Below the pieces are notes generated by a model that was not told the origin of the DNA, searched no databases, and saw only the letters and a program-made list of their open reading frames with translations. Position numbers and translations under genes: made by a program. Below, in pieces: positions 56,183 to 64,000 of a DNA stretch of 64,000 bases (position 1 is the first letter of the stretch; each line of letters starts with the position of its first letter). Where the stretch lies: contig OMVV01000002.1 of NCBI GenBank assembly GCA_900314585.1, positions 14,681 to 78,680 of the forward strand, read 5' to 3'. The stretch comes from an uncultured Erysipelotrichaceae bacterium. GTDB taxonomy: Bacteria; Bacillota_I; Bacilli_A; RFN20; CAG-826.

Positions 56183-57619
56183 ATGGAAAACGAATACATT
56201 TCAACTGAACAAATTGAAAAGTTAATTGACGAAAAAAACGTTAAAGAAATTCGCCGTATTTTTGAAGTGGTTCCGACTATCGACCTTGCTGAAGCAATTT
56301 CCGATATCGAAGACACTAAGAAAATCATTTTCATTTTCAAGACCGTCAAATCCGAATATACCGCTGAATTATTCACTGAACTTAAGCCAGAAATTAAAGA
56401 AGACATCATTAACTTGATGTCCAATGAACAACTTGCTGAAGTTTTGGAACAACAATTTACCGATGACTTAGTCGACGATCTTGAAGAACTTCCTGCAAAT
56501 ATTGTTACTCGTGTTTTAAGAAACGTTTCAAAAGAAAGACGCGCAACAATCAATAAACTACTTAATTATAAAGAAGATAGCGCTGGTTCAATCATGACCA
56601 CTGAGTTTGTTGTTCTTCTTTCTAATTTAACTGCGGATGAAGCGATTGCGACAATTCGCCAAACTGGTAAAAACAAAGAAACGATTTATACATTGTTCGT
56701 CATGGATAAACAACGTAACTTAGTTGGTATCGTTGACTTAGATGATTTGATCTTTGCTAAAGGCGATACAAAATTAACGGAAATCATGAACCGTGACTTT
56801 GTCACAGTTAACGTTAATGATGACCAAGAAGAAGTCGCAAATACCGTTAAACGTTATGACTTAAACGCCATTGCTGTTTTAAATAATGATGGTCGCCTCG
56901 TTGGTGTTATCACCGTCGATGACGTCATGGATATTATCGAAGAAGAAACAACCGAAGATATCTCGAAGATGCAATTAGTTACTCCTTTGGAGGATTCATA
57001 TTTAGAGACCTCACCATTTAAGATGGCTCGCAAATGCATTCCGTGGATTGTTGTTTTATTAATCCTTGGAACATTCTCATCAATGGTTCTTTCTAAATTC
57101 GAAGGGCAAATTGCTACTGTTGCAATCTTAGCGGCATTTATTCCAGTCTTAATGGACACTGGTGGTAATGCTGGTGGACAGACAATCGCCCTTATGATCC
57201 GCGGTTTATCCTTGCAAGAATTTGGACCACGTGATTTCTTCCGCATTATTAGAAAAGAATCGATTTCTGCGGCGATAATTGCTGTTTGTGTCGGTATTTT
57301 TGCCTTCGTTTGGTTCTCGATTGAACAATACTTTGGCATCGTCACTAACTCTGGTTTAGGTGAGCCAGCATCCATCTGGCTTGGTAATTGCTGGTCAGCT
57401 GAATTCTTTTTTGAAGTTATCAAGGTTTCTGGCCTTGTTTCACTTACATTAACAATTGGCATGTTCTTGTCTAAGATGGTCGCGGTCCTTCTCCCAATGG
57501 GTGCAGCTGCGATGAAGAAAGATCCAGCGATTGTTTCTCAACCATTATTAACAACAATTGTGGACGTTACTTCCCTCTTAGTTTACTTTGGATTTGCGTC
57601 CATTATATTTAACCTCTAA
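56183..57619 (+). CDS. mgtE: Magnesium transporter MgtE (N-domain + 2 CBS + TM)
   Basis: CBS pair, 5 TM C-terminal domain with GNAGGQ motif. AGGAAG lies upstream. Confidence 0.9.
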   Translation: MENEYISTEQIEKLIDEKNVKEIRRIFEVVPTIDLAEAISDIEDTKKIIFIFKTVKSEYTAELFTELKPEIKEDIINLMSNEQLAEVLEQQFTDDLVDDLEELPANIVTRVLRNVSKERRATINKLLNYKEDSAGSIMTTEFVVLLSNLTADEAIATIRQTGKNKETIYTLFVMDKQRNLVGIVDLDDLIFAKGDTKLTEIMNRDFVTVNVNDDQEEVANTVKRYDLNAIAVLNNDGRLVGVITVDDVMDIIEEETTEDISKMQLVTPLEDSYLETSPFKMARKCIPWIVVLLILGTFSSMVLSKFEGQIATVAILAAFIPVLMDTGGNAGGQTIALMIRGLSLQEFGPRDFFRIIRKESISAAIIAVCVGIFAFVWFSIEQYFGIVTNSGLGEPASIWLGNCWSAEFFFEVIKVSGLVSLTLTIGMFLSKMVAVLLPMGAAAMKKDPAIVSQPLLTTIVDVTSLLVYFGFASIIFNL

Positions 57620-57708
57620 GTTCATCCTAAGATGAGCTTGCTATTGAATAAGATTTATTAAGACTTTAAAATCTATATTGAACTCAACATAGAGTTAAGG
57701 AGATAAAA

Positions 57709-58725
57709 ATGGCTAAATTTTTAGTTACTGGTGGAGCGGGTTTCATTGGTGGAAACTTCCTCCATATTATGGTTAATCGTTATCCAAATGATGAATATGT
57801 CTGCATTGACGCTTTAACATATGCAGGCAATATGGAAACCCTTGAACCAATCATGAAAAAACCAAATTTCAAATTCGTTCATGAAAATATTTGTAACCGT
57901 GAAGCGGTGTTCAAATTGTTTGAAAAAGAACATTTTGATTACGTTATTAACTTTGCAGCGGAATCACACGTTGACCGCAGCATCGAAAATCCTGAAATTT
58001 TCTTAAAGACAAATATTTTAGGCACTCAAGTTTTGATGGATGCTTGCCGTAAATATGGCATCAAACGTTTCCATCAAGTTGGCACCGACGAAGTATATGG
58101 TGACCTTCCACTTGATCGTCCAGATTTATTCTTTACAGAAACTACCCCAATCCACACTTCGTCCCCATACTCTGCTTCTAAAGCAAGTGCGGACCTTCTC
58201 GTTTTAGCGTATCATCGTACCTTCAACCTCCCAGTAACAATTTCCCGTTGTTCAAATAACTATGGTCCATATCACTTCCCAGAAAAGTTAATTCCATTAA
58301 TGATTCAAAAAGCTTTAAAGAATGAACCATTACCAGTTTATGGAAATGGCGAAAACGTTCGTGACTGGCTCTATGTTGGCGATCACTGTAACGCGATTGA
58401 CCTAGTTGTTAGAAATGGCCGTGATGGTGAAGTTTATAACATCGGTGGTCATAACGAAAGAACCAATCTTCAAGTTGTTAAAACAATCTTGAAAGCACTT
58501 GGTAAACCAGAAACATTAATTACCTATGTTAAAGATCGTCCAGGCCACGACTTACGTTATGCGATGGATCCAACAAAGATTGAAACTGAACTTGGTTGGA
58601 AACCAGAACATAACTTCGAAACCGGTATTCAAGAAACCATCAAATGGAATTTGAATAACAAAGAATGGCTCGAACACGTGATGAGCGGCGAGTACCAACA
58701 CTGGATGGAACGTTATAGTAAATGA
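57709..58725 (+). CDS. rfbB: dTDP-glucose 4,6-dehydratase
   Basis: TGGAGFIG NAD motif, SASKA/YxxxK catalytic motif. 338 aa. Confidence 0.9.
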   Translation: MAKFLVTGGAGFIGGNFLHIMVNRYPNDEYVCIDALTYAGNMETLEPIMKKPNFKFVHENICNREAVFKLFEKEHFDYVINFAAESHVDRSIENPEIFLKTNILGTQVLMDACRKYGIKRFHQVGTDEVYGDLPLDRPDLFFTETTPIHTSSPYSASKASADLLVLAYHRTFNLPVTISRCSNNYGPYHFPEKLIPLMIQKALKNEPLPVYGNGENVRDWLYVGDHCNAIDLVVRNGRDGEVYNIGGHNERTNLQVVKTILKALGKPETLITYVKDRPGHDLRYAMDPTKIETELGWKPEHNFETGIQETIKWNLNNKEWLEHVMSGEYQHWMERYSK

Positions 58726-59750
58726 AGAAAACCCTCCAACTCCAAGGTCTAAGAACAATTGGCTGTTTTCTCATTGTTGCTTGTCATGCGGCATTTAAAT
58801 TCGATGGCGGAATAGGAAACGCTATATTTTTCGCCTTAGCCGGATTCTTGGTCGTTAAACCTTTCATGGAAGAAGATTATAAAATTAACTCCTTTAGGGA
58901 AGTATTGGTTTTCTATCTTAAAAAGATCGTTACTATTTGTATCCCTTATTGGTTAATTATTTTTTCAACAAACGCTTTGTTTGAAGGGTGGACTAATATT
59001 TTTAAAGGCGAATGGGACAAGGTTTGGTTGGCCGCTTGTTTTTACGATTGTCCAGCTCATTTTTGGTTTTTACAACAAATACTTGTAATGTATTTGTTCA
59101 CTCCCTTAATAATTTTACTTCACATGGGATGTAAAAGAATAATTAAGTGGAAATATTTTAATATCATTTTCGGCGCATTTTTGATTGGCTTGGCTTTGAT
59201 TTTCTATTTCTTTGTTAACGAGAATGTAATCTTCTTCTATTCAGGTGGCGCCAAAGCTCCGTTTAGAGTTTATTCCTATTTGATCGGAATGGGATTTGCA
59301 TATTTCTACACGATTATTGTGCAAAATAAAATTACTCTTAACAAACTTGCACAGCACCTTGCCGCGATTATTCCTTTTTCGTTAATCGTTTTATCAATAT
59401 TTAGCGTTTATATTTTCAAAATCAATGTCGGATGGACTTATCAATTTCTTAGTGGTATTTTAGCTGCCTTAGTTATTTTCTTACTTACATGGCTCAACAA
59501 TAGTTGGTTATCGATTGGCCTTAGATTTAAGCCGTTGGTGGAAATCGGAAATGTAACTTACGTGATTTATATTATCCACGTATTTGTCATTCCTCAAATC
59601 ACAGCCGAAACTCCAAGATATGCTTTAATTGTTGTACTAATCGTCTCTATTGCATTAGCTTATCTGCTTCAAAAGGTGCTATTTGATCCAATTAATAAAC
59701 TATGTCAAAAATTTATTTACCCAAAGATATTAGGAACTCAAGCTCAATAG
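58722..59750 (+). CDS. Membrane acyltransferase, family 3 (OafA/OatA-like)
   Basis: About 10 TM helices. N-terminal LQGLRTIGCFLIVACH motif. Overlaps the rfbB stop. Confidence 0.7.
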   Translation: MKKTLQLQGLRTIGCFLIVACHAAFKFDGGIGNAIFFALAGFLVVKPFMEEDYKINSFREVLVFYLKKIVTICIPYWLIIFSTNALFEGWTNIFKGEWDKVWLAACFYDCPAHFWFLQQILVMYLFTPLIILLHMGCKRIIKWKYFNIIFGAFLIGLALIFYFFVNENVIFFYSGGAKAPFRVYSYLIGMGFAYFYTIIVQNKITLNKLAQHLAAIIPFSLIVLSIFSVYIFKINVGWTYQFLSGILAALVIFLLTWLNNSWLSIGLRFKPLVEIGNVTYVIYIIHVFVIPQITAETPRYALIVVLIVSIALAYLLQKVLFDPINKLCQKFIYPKILGTQAQ

Positions 59751-61162
59751 AACAACCTCAGGGTTGTTTTATTTTTAGTCGTAAGCAGTGGGATAAATAG
59801 CAACATCGTTAAGAATAGATATTCGCCTGTTTGAGGGAAAATAACGACGCCGCCTTCAAGGAAGGAAAGCACTAAAATTGTAAATACCACTAATATTGAA
59901 AAAGTGGATAACCATTTATCGTCTTTGAATACTTTTGTAATTAAATAAATTCCATAGGAAAAGATTGCAATCCAAATGAGTAAGAAGGATATGCCACCAT
60001 TACCTAAAAGTTCAAAATATGTTGAGTGAGCTGAGTCGGTATCGAAAGTGACGTAATAAGCCACATCAGCACAGTTATATTTACCAAGAATTGCATTAAA
60101 GATGCGGTAACCAGCTCCGCTGAAGCGGTTAAAATAAGACATTTCAATAAGACAATATTCCCAAATTTTATAGCGGGCATCCATTGTGCTTTTCCCAAAT
60201 TTTTCTTGGAAGATATTTTCGATTAAACCCTTGATAGTTTCTGCGGTTTTTGGAATCGCTAATAGAATGACATTTATTAATAAAATTCCTCCAATAATTG
60301 AGGCTAATACAATCCAATTTCGTTGTTTATTGTCTTTGTATGTTTGAAGGAATCTAATAATACCAAAACCGATTAATAAACCAACACTTATTCCCATTGC
60401 AATTTTGCATTGAGATAAGAATATTGGAATTTGAAGAACAATCATCAAAGCCAACCAAATATGTCTGTAATGGCGAATTGCAACATATATCAAACCCAAT
60501 AAACTACAAATCATAAAAATACCATAGGTGTTCTTTGACGGATAAAATGAGTGTAGGGCCAAGGATGGAAGTTCAGAAAATGATTCCATGTGAAATAAGC
60601 CGACAATCTTATCAAATTCGGTAGTAAGGCTATAAATGACAGATGCTAAATTAAGTAGTGAGAACGCAATAACAATTGTGAAAATAACACTGTCATAGTT
60701 TGGAACAACCTTTGGAATGAAATCAATAATTAAGAAACACACCAAAAGGACTAATAAGAACGAAAAGATGTCTTTGACATAATCAAGCGTTTCCATACTA
60801 TATTCAAACGAATATGTTGAACCATCTGTTATAACCACACTGTAAGTTTGGCCATTTTTAAAAGTCAAAATCGTTATTAGTTGAATAACAAATAAGACGC
60901 CTAAAATAGACGTGAATATGATATTTGGTCGATACTTATTTTTAACCATCTCAAAAACTATCAGTCCAGAAAATAACAAGACCGCTAACGAAACCGCTCC
61001 TATTAGTAAACCTAATGGAATTGGATCGGTCATATCCTCACTGAAAATAACGTTATCACAAATAACGTATAGCGAAAGTGCCATCGTAAGAGCAATTGCG
61101 ATGAATTCGATAATTATTTTCAATGTAAAAATTTCTCTTAGTTTTTGGATGGTGTTAGTCAT
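59744..61162 (-). CDS. O-antigen ligase / Wzy-type polysaccharide polymerase family membrane protein
   Basis: About 12 TM helices with a larger loop. Sits between rfbA and the acyltransferase in a glycan locus. Confidence 0.55.
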   Translation of the reverse strand: MTNTIQKLREIFTLKIIIEFIAIALTMALSLYVICDNVIFSEDMTDPIPLGLLIGAVSLAVLLFSGLIVFEMVKNKYRPNIIFTSILGVLFVIQLITILTFKNGQTYSVVITDGSTYSFEYSMETLDYVKDIFSFLLVLLVCFLIIDFIPKVVPNYDSVIFTIVIAFSLLNLASVIYSLTTEFDKIVGLFHMESFSELPSLALHSFYPSKNTYGIFMICSLLGLIYVAIRHYRHIWLALMIVLQIPIFLSQCKIAMGISVGLLIGFGIIRFLQTYKDNKQRNWIVLASIIGGILLINVILLAIPKTAETIKGLIENIFQEKFGKSTMDARYKIWEYCLIEMSYFNRFSGAGYRIFNAILGKYNCADVAYYVTFDTDSAHSTYFELLGNGGISFLLIWIAIFSYGIYLITKVFKDDKWLSTFSILVVFTILVLSFLEGGVVIFPQTGEYLFLTMLLFIPLLTTKNKTTLRLFY

Positions 61163-62046
61163 TAATATGCAACCTTGCCGTTAGCAACATTTAACAAATG
61201 TTGACCATAGGCATTATTTTTCATTGTCTCGCCGATTTCGATCAATTTTTCTTTGCTGATCCAACCATTGTTATAGGCGATTTCTTCGATACATGAAACT
61301 TTTAAGCCTTCATGTTCTTCAATCATCTTAACAAAGTTAGATGCATCCGCTAAAGATTCATGGGTTCCTGTATCAAGCCAGGTAAAGCCACGACCGAATA
61401 AGACAAGATTCATCTTACGATCTTCTAAATAAAGATTATTTAAAGTGGTGATTTCAAGTTCGCCACGCTTGGATGGTTTAACCATCTCGGCCATCTTGGA
61501 AACACCTTTTGGATAGAAATATAATCCAACTACTGCGTAGTTAGTAGCAGGATTAGATGGTTTTTCAACAATCGAAACAACCTTCTTGTTTTCATCAAAA
61601 TCAACAACGCCAAAACGTTCTGGATCGTTGACATAATAACCAAAGATTGTTGCATCGCCGTTTTCGGCGTTTTCAACTGCACTTCTAAGAGCTTTCTTAA
61701 AACCGTTTCCGTAGAAGATGTTATCTCCTAAAACTAAGCAGCATGGTTCATCACCAATGAATTCTTTTCCAATAAGGAAAGCTTCTGCTAATCCGTTAGG
61801 AGCTTTTTGAACTGCATAGGACAAGCTAATGCCCATCTTAGAGCCATCACCAAGAAGAGCTTTGAATCTCGGAGTGTCTTCTGGGGTAGAGATGATAAGA
61901 ATTTCTCTAATACCCGCGAGCATAAGTGTTGAAAGCGGATAATAAATCATTGGCTTATCATAAATTGGTAAAAGTTGTTTACTGGTAACAAATGTTAATG
62001 GGTAGAGTCTTGAACCAGATCCTCCCGCTAAAATAATACCTTTCAT
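61162..62046 (-). CDS. rfbA: Glucose-1-phosphate thymidylyltransferase
   Basis: [19 protein letters not shown]-terminus. 294 aa. Confidence 0.9.
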   Translation of the reverse strand: MKGIILAGGSGSRLYPLTFVTSKQLLPIYDKPMIYYPLSTLMLAGIREILIISTPEDTPRFKALLGDGSKMGISLSYAVQKAPNGLAEAFLIGKEFIGDEPCCLVLGDNIFYGNGFKKALRSAVENAENGDATIFGYYVNDPERFGVVDFDENKKVVSIVEKPSNPATNYAVVGLYFYPKGVSKMAEMVKPSKRGELEITTLNNLYLEDRKMNLVLFGRGFTWLDTGTHESLADASNFVKMIEEHEGLKVSCIEEIAYNNGWISKEKLIEIGETMKNNAYGQHLLNVANGKVAY

Positions 62047-62134
62047 ATCGTTAACCTCTTTCGTTTTATAAACAAATTAAAATTTATTTTGACGACACTA
62101 TAATATAACACGCAACCGTGAAAGTATACTTATA

Positions 62135-62158
62135 AAAATAAAAGCCTCTTTAGAGGCT
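62135..62158 (-). terminator. Terminator after the Wzz-like gene
   Basis: Minus strand AAGCCTCTaaAGAGGCTT followed by TTTT. Confidence 0.5.
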
Positions 62159-62176
62159 TATTATTAGTTGATTTTC

Positions 62177-63403
62177 TTATTTTTGGAATTCTTTGCGGCG
62201 AACTATTAAGTTAACAATTCCACCGACTACAACACCAGCTACCAAGCTTAATAAGATGGCAATTGGAATTGAAATAGAGCCCTTAGTTTGAACAACACTA
62301 GAATTGTCATAAGCAACGCCAGTTGTACTTGAATAAGATTTTCTAAGAACTTTTACGTATGATTCTGTGCAATTAGATAATTTCTCTTTTGTGGATGCTA
62401 ATTTGCTTTCGAATGCAGCTTTAGAAGCAATAAATGCAGGATCGGTATTACCTTTATTTGCAACCTTTAAATCGATAGCAGCAATCTCGGCTTCAATTGC
62501 AACATTTCTTTCAGAAAGCGATTCAAGAATCTCTTCTGCTTTATCTAATGAAATTTGAGTTGAAGTAATGCCGCTTAATGTGGCTTTTAATTCAGTGATT
62601 CTCGCATCATTATTTGCTTTTTCAGCAATTAGTGATTCCTTGGTATCTGCAAAAGATTTTGCTTCTTCAGATTCATAATCTTTAACAAATCCTTTTTGTT
62701 GGACAGTTAATAGGTAGTTTTTAAGAATAACATTAGATTCACCGGCAATTTCGGTAAGTTGAGCAACATTATTAGAAATCATCGATGAAACAGAGACACC
62801 GACAGTTTCTGATTTGTTAATTTTTTCATATGAGCTGAGTAAAGAATCGACGTGAACAATTAGATAATTGATTTGAGCTTCGTATGTTGAAGCACTATCG
62901 AAGGCAATGAGGCTTGATTCATAATTAGATTTATCGAGTAATTCTTCATCTTTTTCAATTGGATAGCTAATAACTTTATCGAAGAACTTCGCGGCTTGTG
63001 AACCATTAGCGAAATATTGAGAAGGAACGGATAAACTGTATTTTGGAGTTTCCTTTTCGCCTTCTACAGTCCTAGTTAAAGAAACTTTACCGGAATTGAA
63101 CATCTTATCAATGTTGATACTTGCGAATTCAGCATCAGAGGCCGCCACCCTTTCAAAGTTTTCTTTGAATGCGATTTCTGTATAGTAGAAATCTGAGCCA
63201 TCAGCGTACATGTTGGCATTCAAATCAGATTTGTTATAAGAAAATGTCGAAACGTAAGTGCTTTTTAGTTTGTTATAACCAAAATTGATTGCTAATGTTC
63301 CAACAACCATGACGCCAGCGGTGATAGCTAAAAGCAATTTCCAACCGCCGAAAGCGACCTTCATTATTTTTCCAAATGTAATTGGTTTTTGTTCTTGTTC
63401 CAT
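62177..63403 (-). CDS. Polysaccharide co-polymerase / chain-length determinant (Wzz/CpsC-like, no kinase domain)
   Basis: N-terminal TM helix, a ~330-aa hydrophilic domain with predicted coiled coils, then a C-terminal TM helix. Confidence 0.6.
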   Translation of the reverse strand: MEQEQKPITFGKIMKVAFGGWKLLLAITAGVMVVGTLAINFGYNKLKSTYVSTFSYNKSDLNANMYADGSDFYYTEIAFKENFERVAASDAEFASINIDKMFNSGKVSLTRTVEGEKETPKYSLSVPSQYFANGSQAAKFFDKVISYPIEKDEELLDKSNYESSLIAFDSASTYEAQINYLIVHVDSLLSSYEKINKSETVGVSVSSMISNNVAQLTEIAGESNVILKNYLLTVQQKGFVKDYESEEAKSFADTKESLIAEKANNDARITELKATLSGITSTQISLDKAEEILESLSERNVAIEAEIAAIDLKVANKGNTDPAFIASKAAFESKLASTKEKLSNCTESYVKVLRKSYSSTTGVAYDNSSVVQTKGSISIPIAILLSLVAGVVVGGIVNLIVRRKEFQK

Positions 63404-63456
63404 ATTTAGACCTCGCTATTTGTATAATATATCATTTCCTAAAATAGTTAATAACA

Positions 63457-64000
63457 CTATTTTCTAAATTCTCCCAGCTTCCCAACTTTGGCATCAGATA
63501 TTCCGAGTTTGATCATCTTGCGTTTTTCTTTCTTGTCATCTTCAAACAAAGACATTTTGATTCGATCAATTTTCAAAGTTTTAAACGCAAGTTTTTTGTA
63601 ATAATCTGGATGTTTGTGCTTAAGGTAATAAGCATTTCTAAATCGATAATAATATCGAATTGGAGAATGATTCATACAATCAAATTTGATACCCAAAATA
63701 TTTTTCTTTAGTGGGCTACCAATTTGATGGTTTATATAATATTCGTATGATTGGATTATGTTGAATCCTTTTTCTAACACTCTTCGATCGAATTCAAAGT
63801 CAACATAGTCGATAAACAATTCGCTCGGGAAGTGTATGTCATACTCTTTAATCAATTTAAGGTTAATAAAATTACCTGAAGTAATTGCGTCAGTGACCAG
63901 CTTTTCAGAATGATCCTTGACCAATTCATAATCATGATTGGTCGTTAATGCGAATATGGCATCTTTATTTAAGTCAAGTTTTCTAAGTCGTTCAATAATA
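63457..64000 (-). CDS. Glycosyltransferase (family 2-like), C-terminal part. The gene continues beyond the window end.
   Basis: The reading frame stays open from 63924 to 64000 (...IIERLRKLDLNKDAIFALTTNHDYEL...). The track's TTG start is internal. Confidence 0.45.
   Translation of the reverse strand, partial: IIERLRKLDLNKDAIFALTTNHDYELVKDHSEKLVTDAITSGNFINLKLIKEYDIHFPSELFIDYVDFEFDRRVLEKGFNIIQSYEYYINHQIGSPLKKNILGIKFDCMNHSPIRYYYRFRNAYYLKHKHPDYYKKLAFKTLKIDRIKMSLFEDDKKEKRKMIKLGISDAKVGKLGEFRK

Noticed and set aside
56062-56553. 163-aa minus-strand ORF antisense to mgtE. Also many 60-110-aa ORFs antisense to long genes, for example 6249-6587, 9020-9310, 17891-18136, 24300-24599, 26892-27149, 32077-32346 and 56854-57462.
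   Set aside because: They lie entirely inside well-supported genes on the opposite strand. They have low-complexity or S/T/P-rich translations typical of antisense frames in AT-rich DNA and have no SD.

Overview
This is an AT-rich (~32-34% GC), gene-dense chromosomal segment from a low-GC Firmicutes/Mollicutes-type organism, most plausibly Acholeplasma-like. UGA is used as a stop codon (gene 1, ABC-1 and several others end in TGA), so the standard genetic code applies. Gene order mirrors Bacillus: pgsA-cinA-recA / rny-ymdB-miaB-ymcA-like, gpsB-like followed by rnpB, dnaD-nth convergent with recU, a sufC-D-S-U-B operon, mnmG-rsmG, and cmk-der.

I can support about 72 protein-coding genes, 7 tRNAs in three minus-strand clusters, and two structured RNAs the ORF track cannot show. 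The tRNAs are Lys-Leu-Gln(CUG), Val-Tyr-Gln(UUG) and Leu(GAG), all with genomically encoded CCA. The RNAs are a type-B (Bacillus-type) RNase P RNA at about 22834-23170 and an FMN riboswitch with terminator-type expression platform at about 15305-15448, in front of a RibU-like ECF S-component. I also annotate several rho-independent terminators and three sigma-A-like promoters. Several track ORFs begin on TTG and extend artificially upstream; I re-placed those starts on ATG codons with Shine-Dalgarno support.

Accessory or unusual content, in rough order of interest:
- A tight operon of two differently sized MacB-type fused ABC ATPase-permeases followed by an HExxH zinc-metallopeptidase lipoprotein (33171-39583).
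- A CotH-like lipoprotein with a Ser/Thr-rich stalk, isolated as its own transcription unit between two co-oriented tRNA operons that each end with a tRNA-Gln (48714-50156).
- Two tandem, overlapping 600-680 aa lipoproteins, one carrying a parvulin (PrsA-like) PPIase signature (4125-7941).
- A head-and-neck-only CCA/poly(A)-polymerase-like nucleotidyltransferase (about 205 aa) in a genome whose tRNA genes all encode CCA.
- An orphan PduL phosphotransacylase cotranscribed with a TSCPD-domain protein.
- A dTDP-rhamnose/Wzy/Wzz-type glycan locus at the 3' end of the window.

No CRISPR array, integrase, transposase, restriction-modification or other recognisable defence genes were seen. All family assignments rest on motif-level reading of the translations, without searches.
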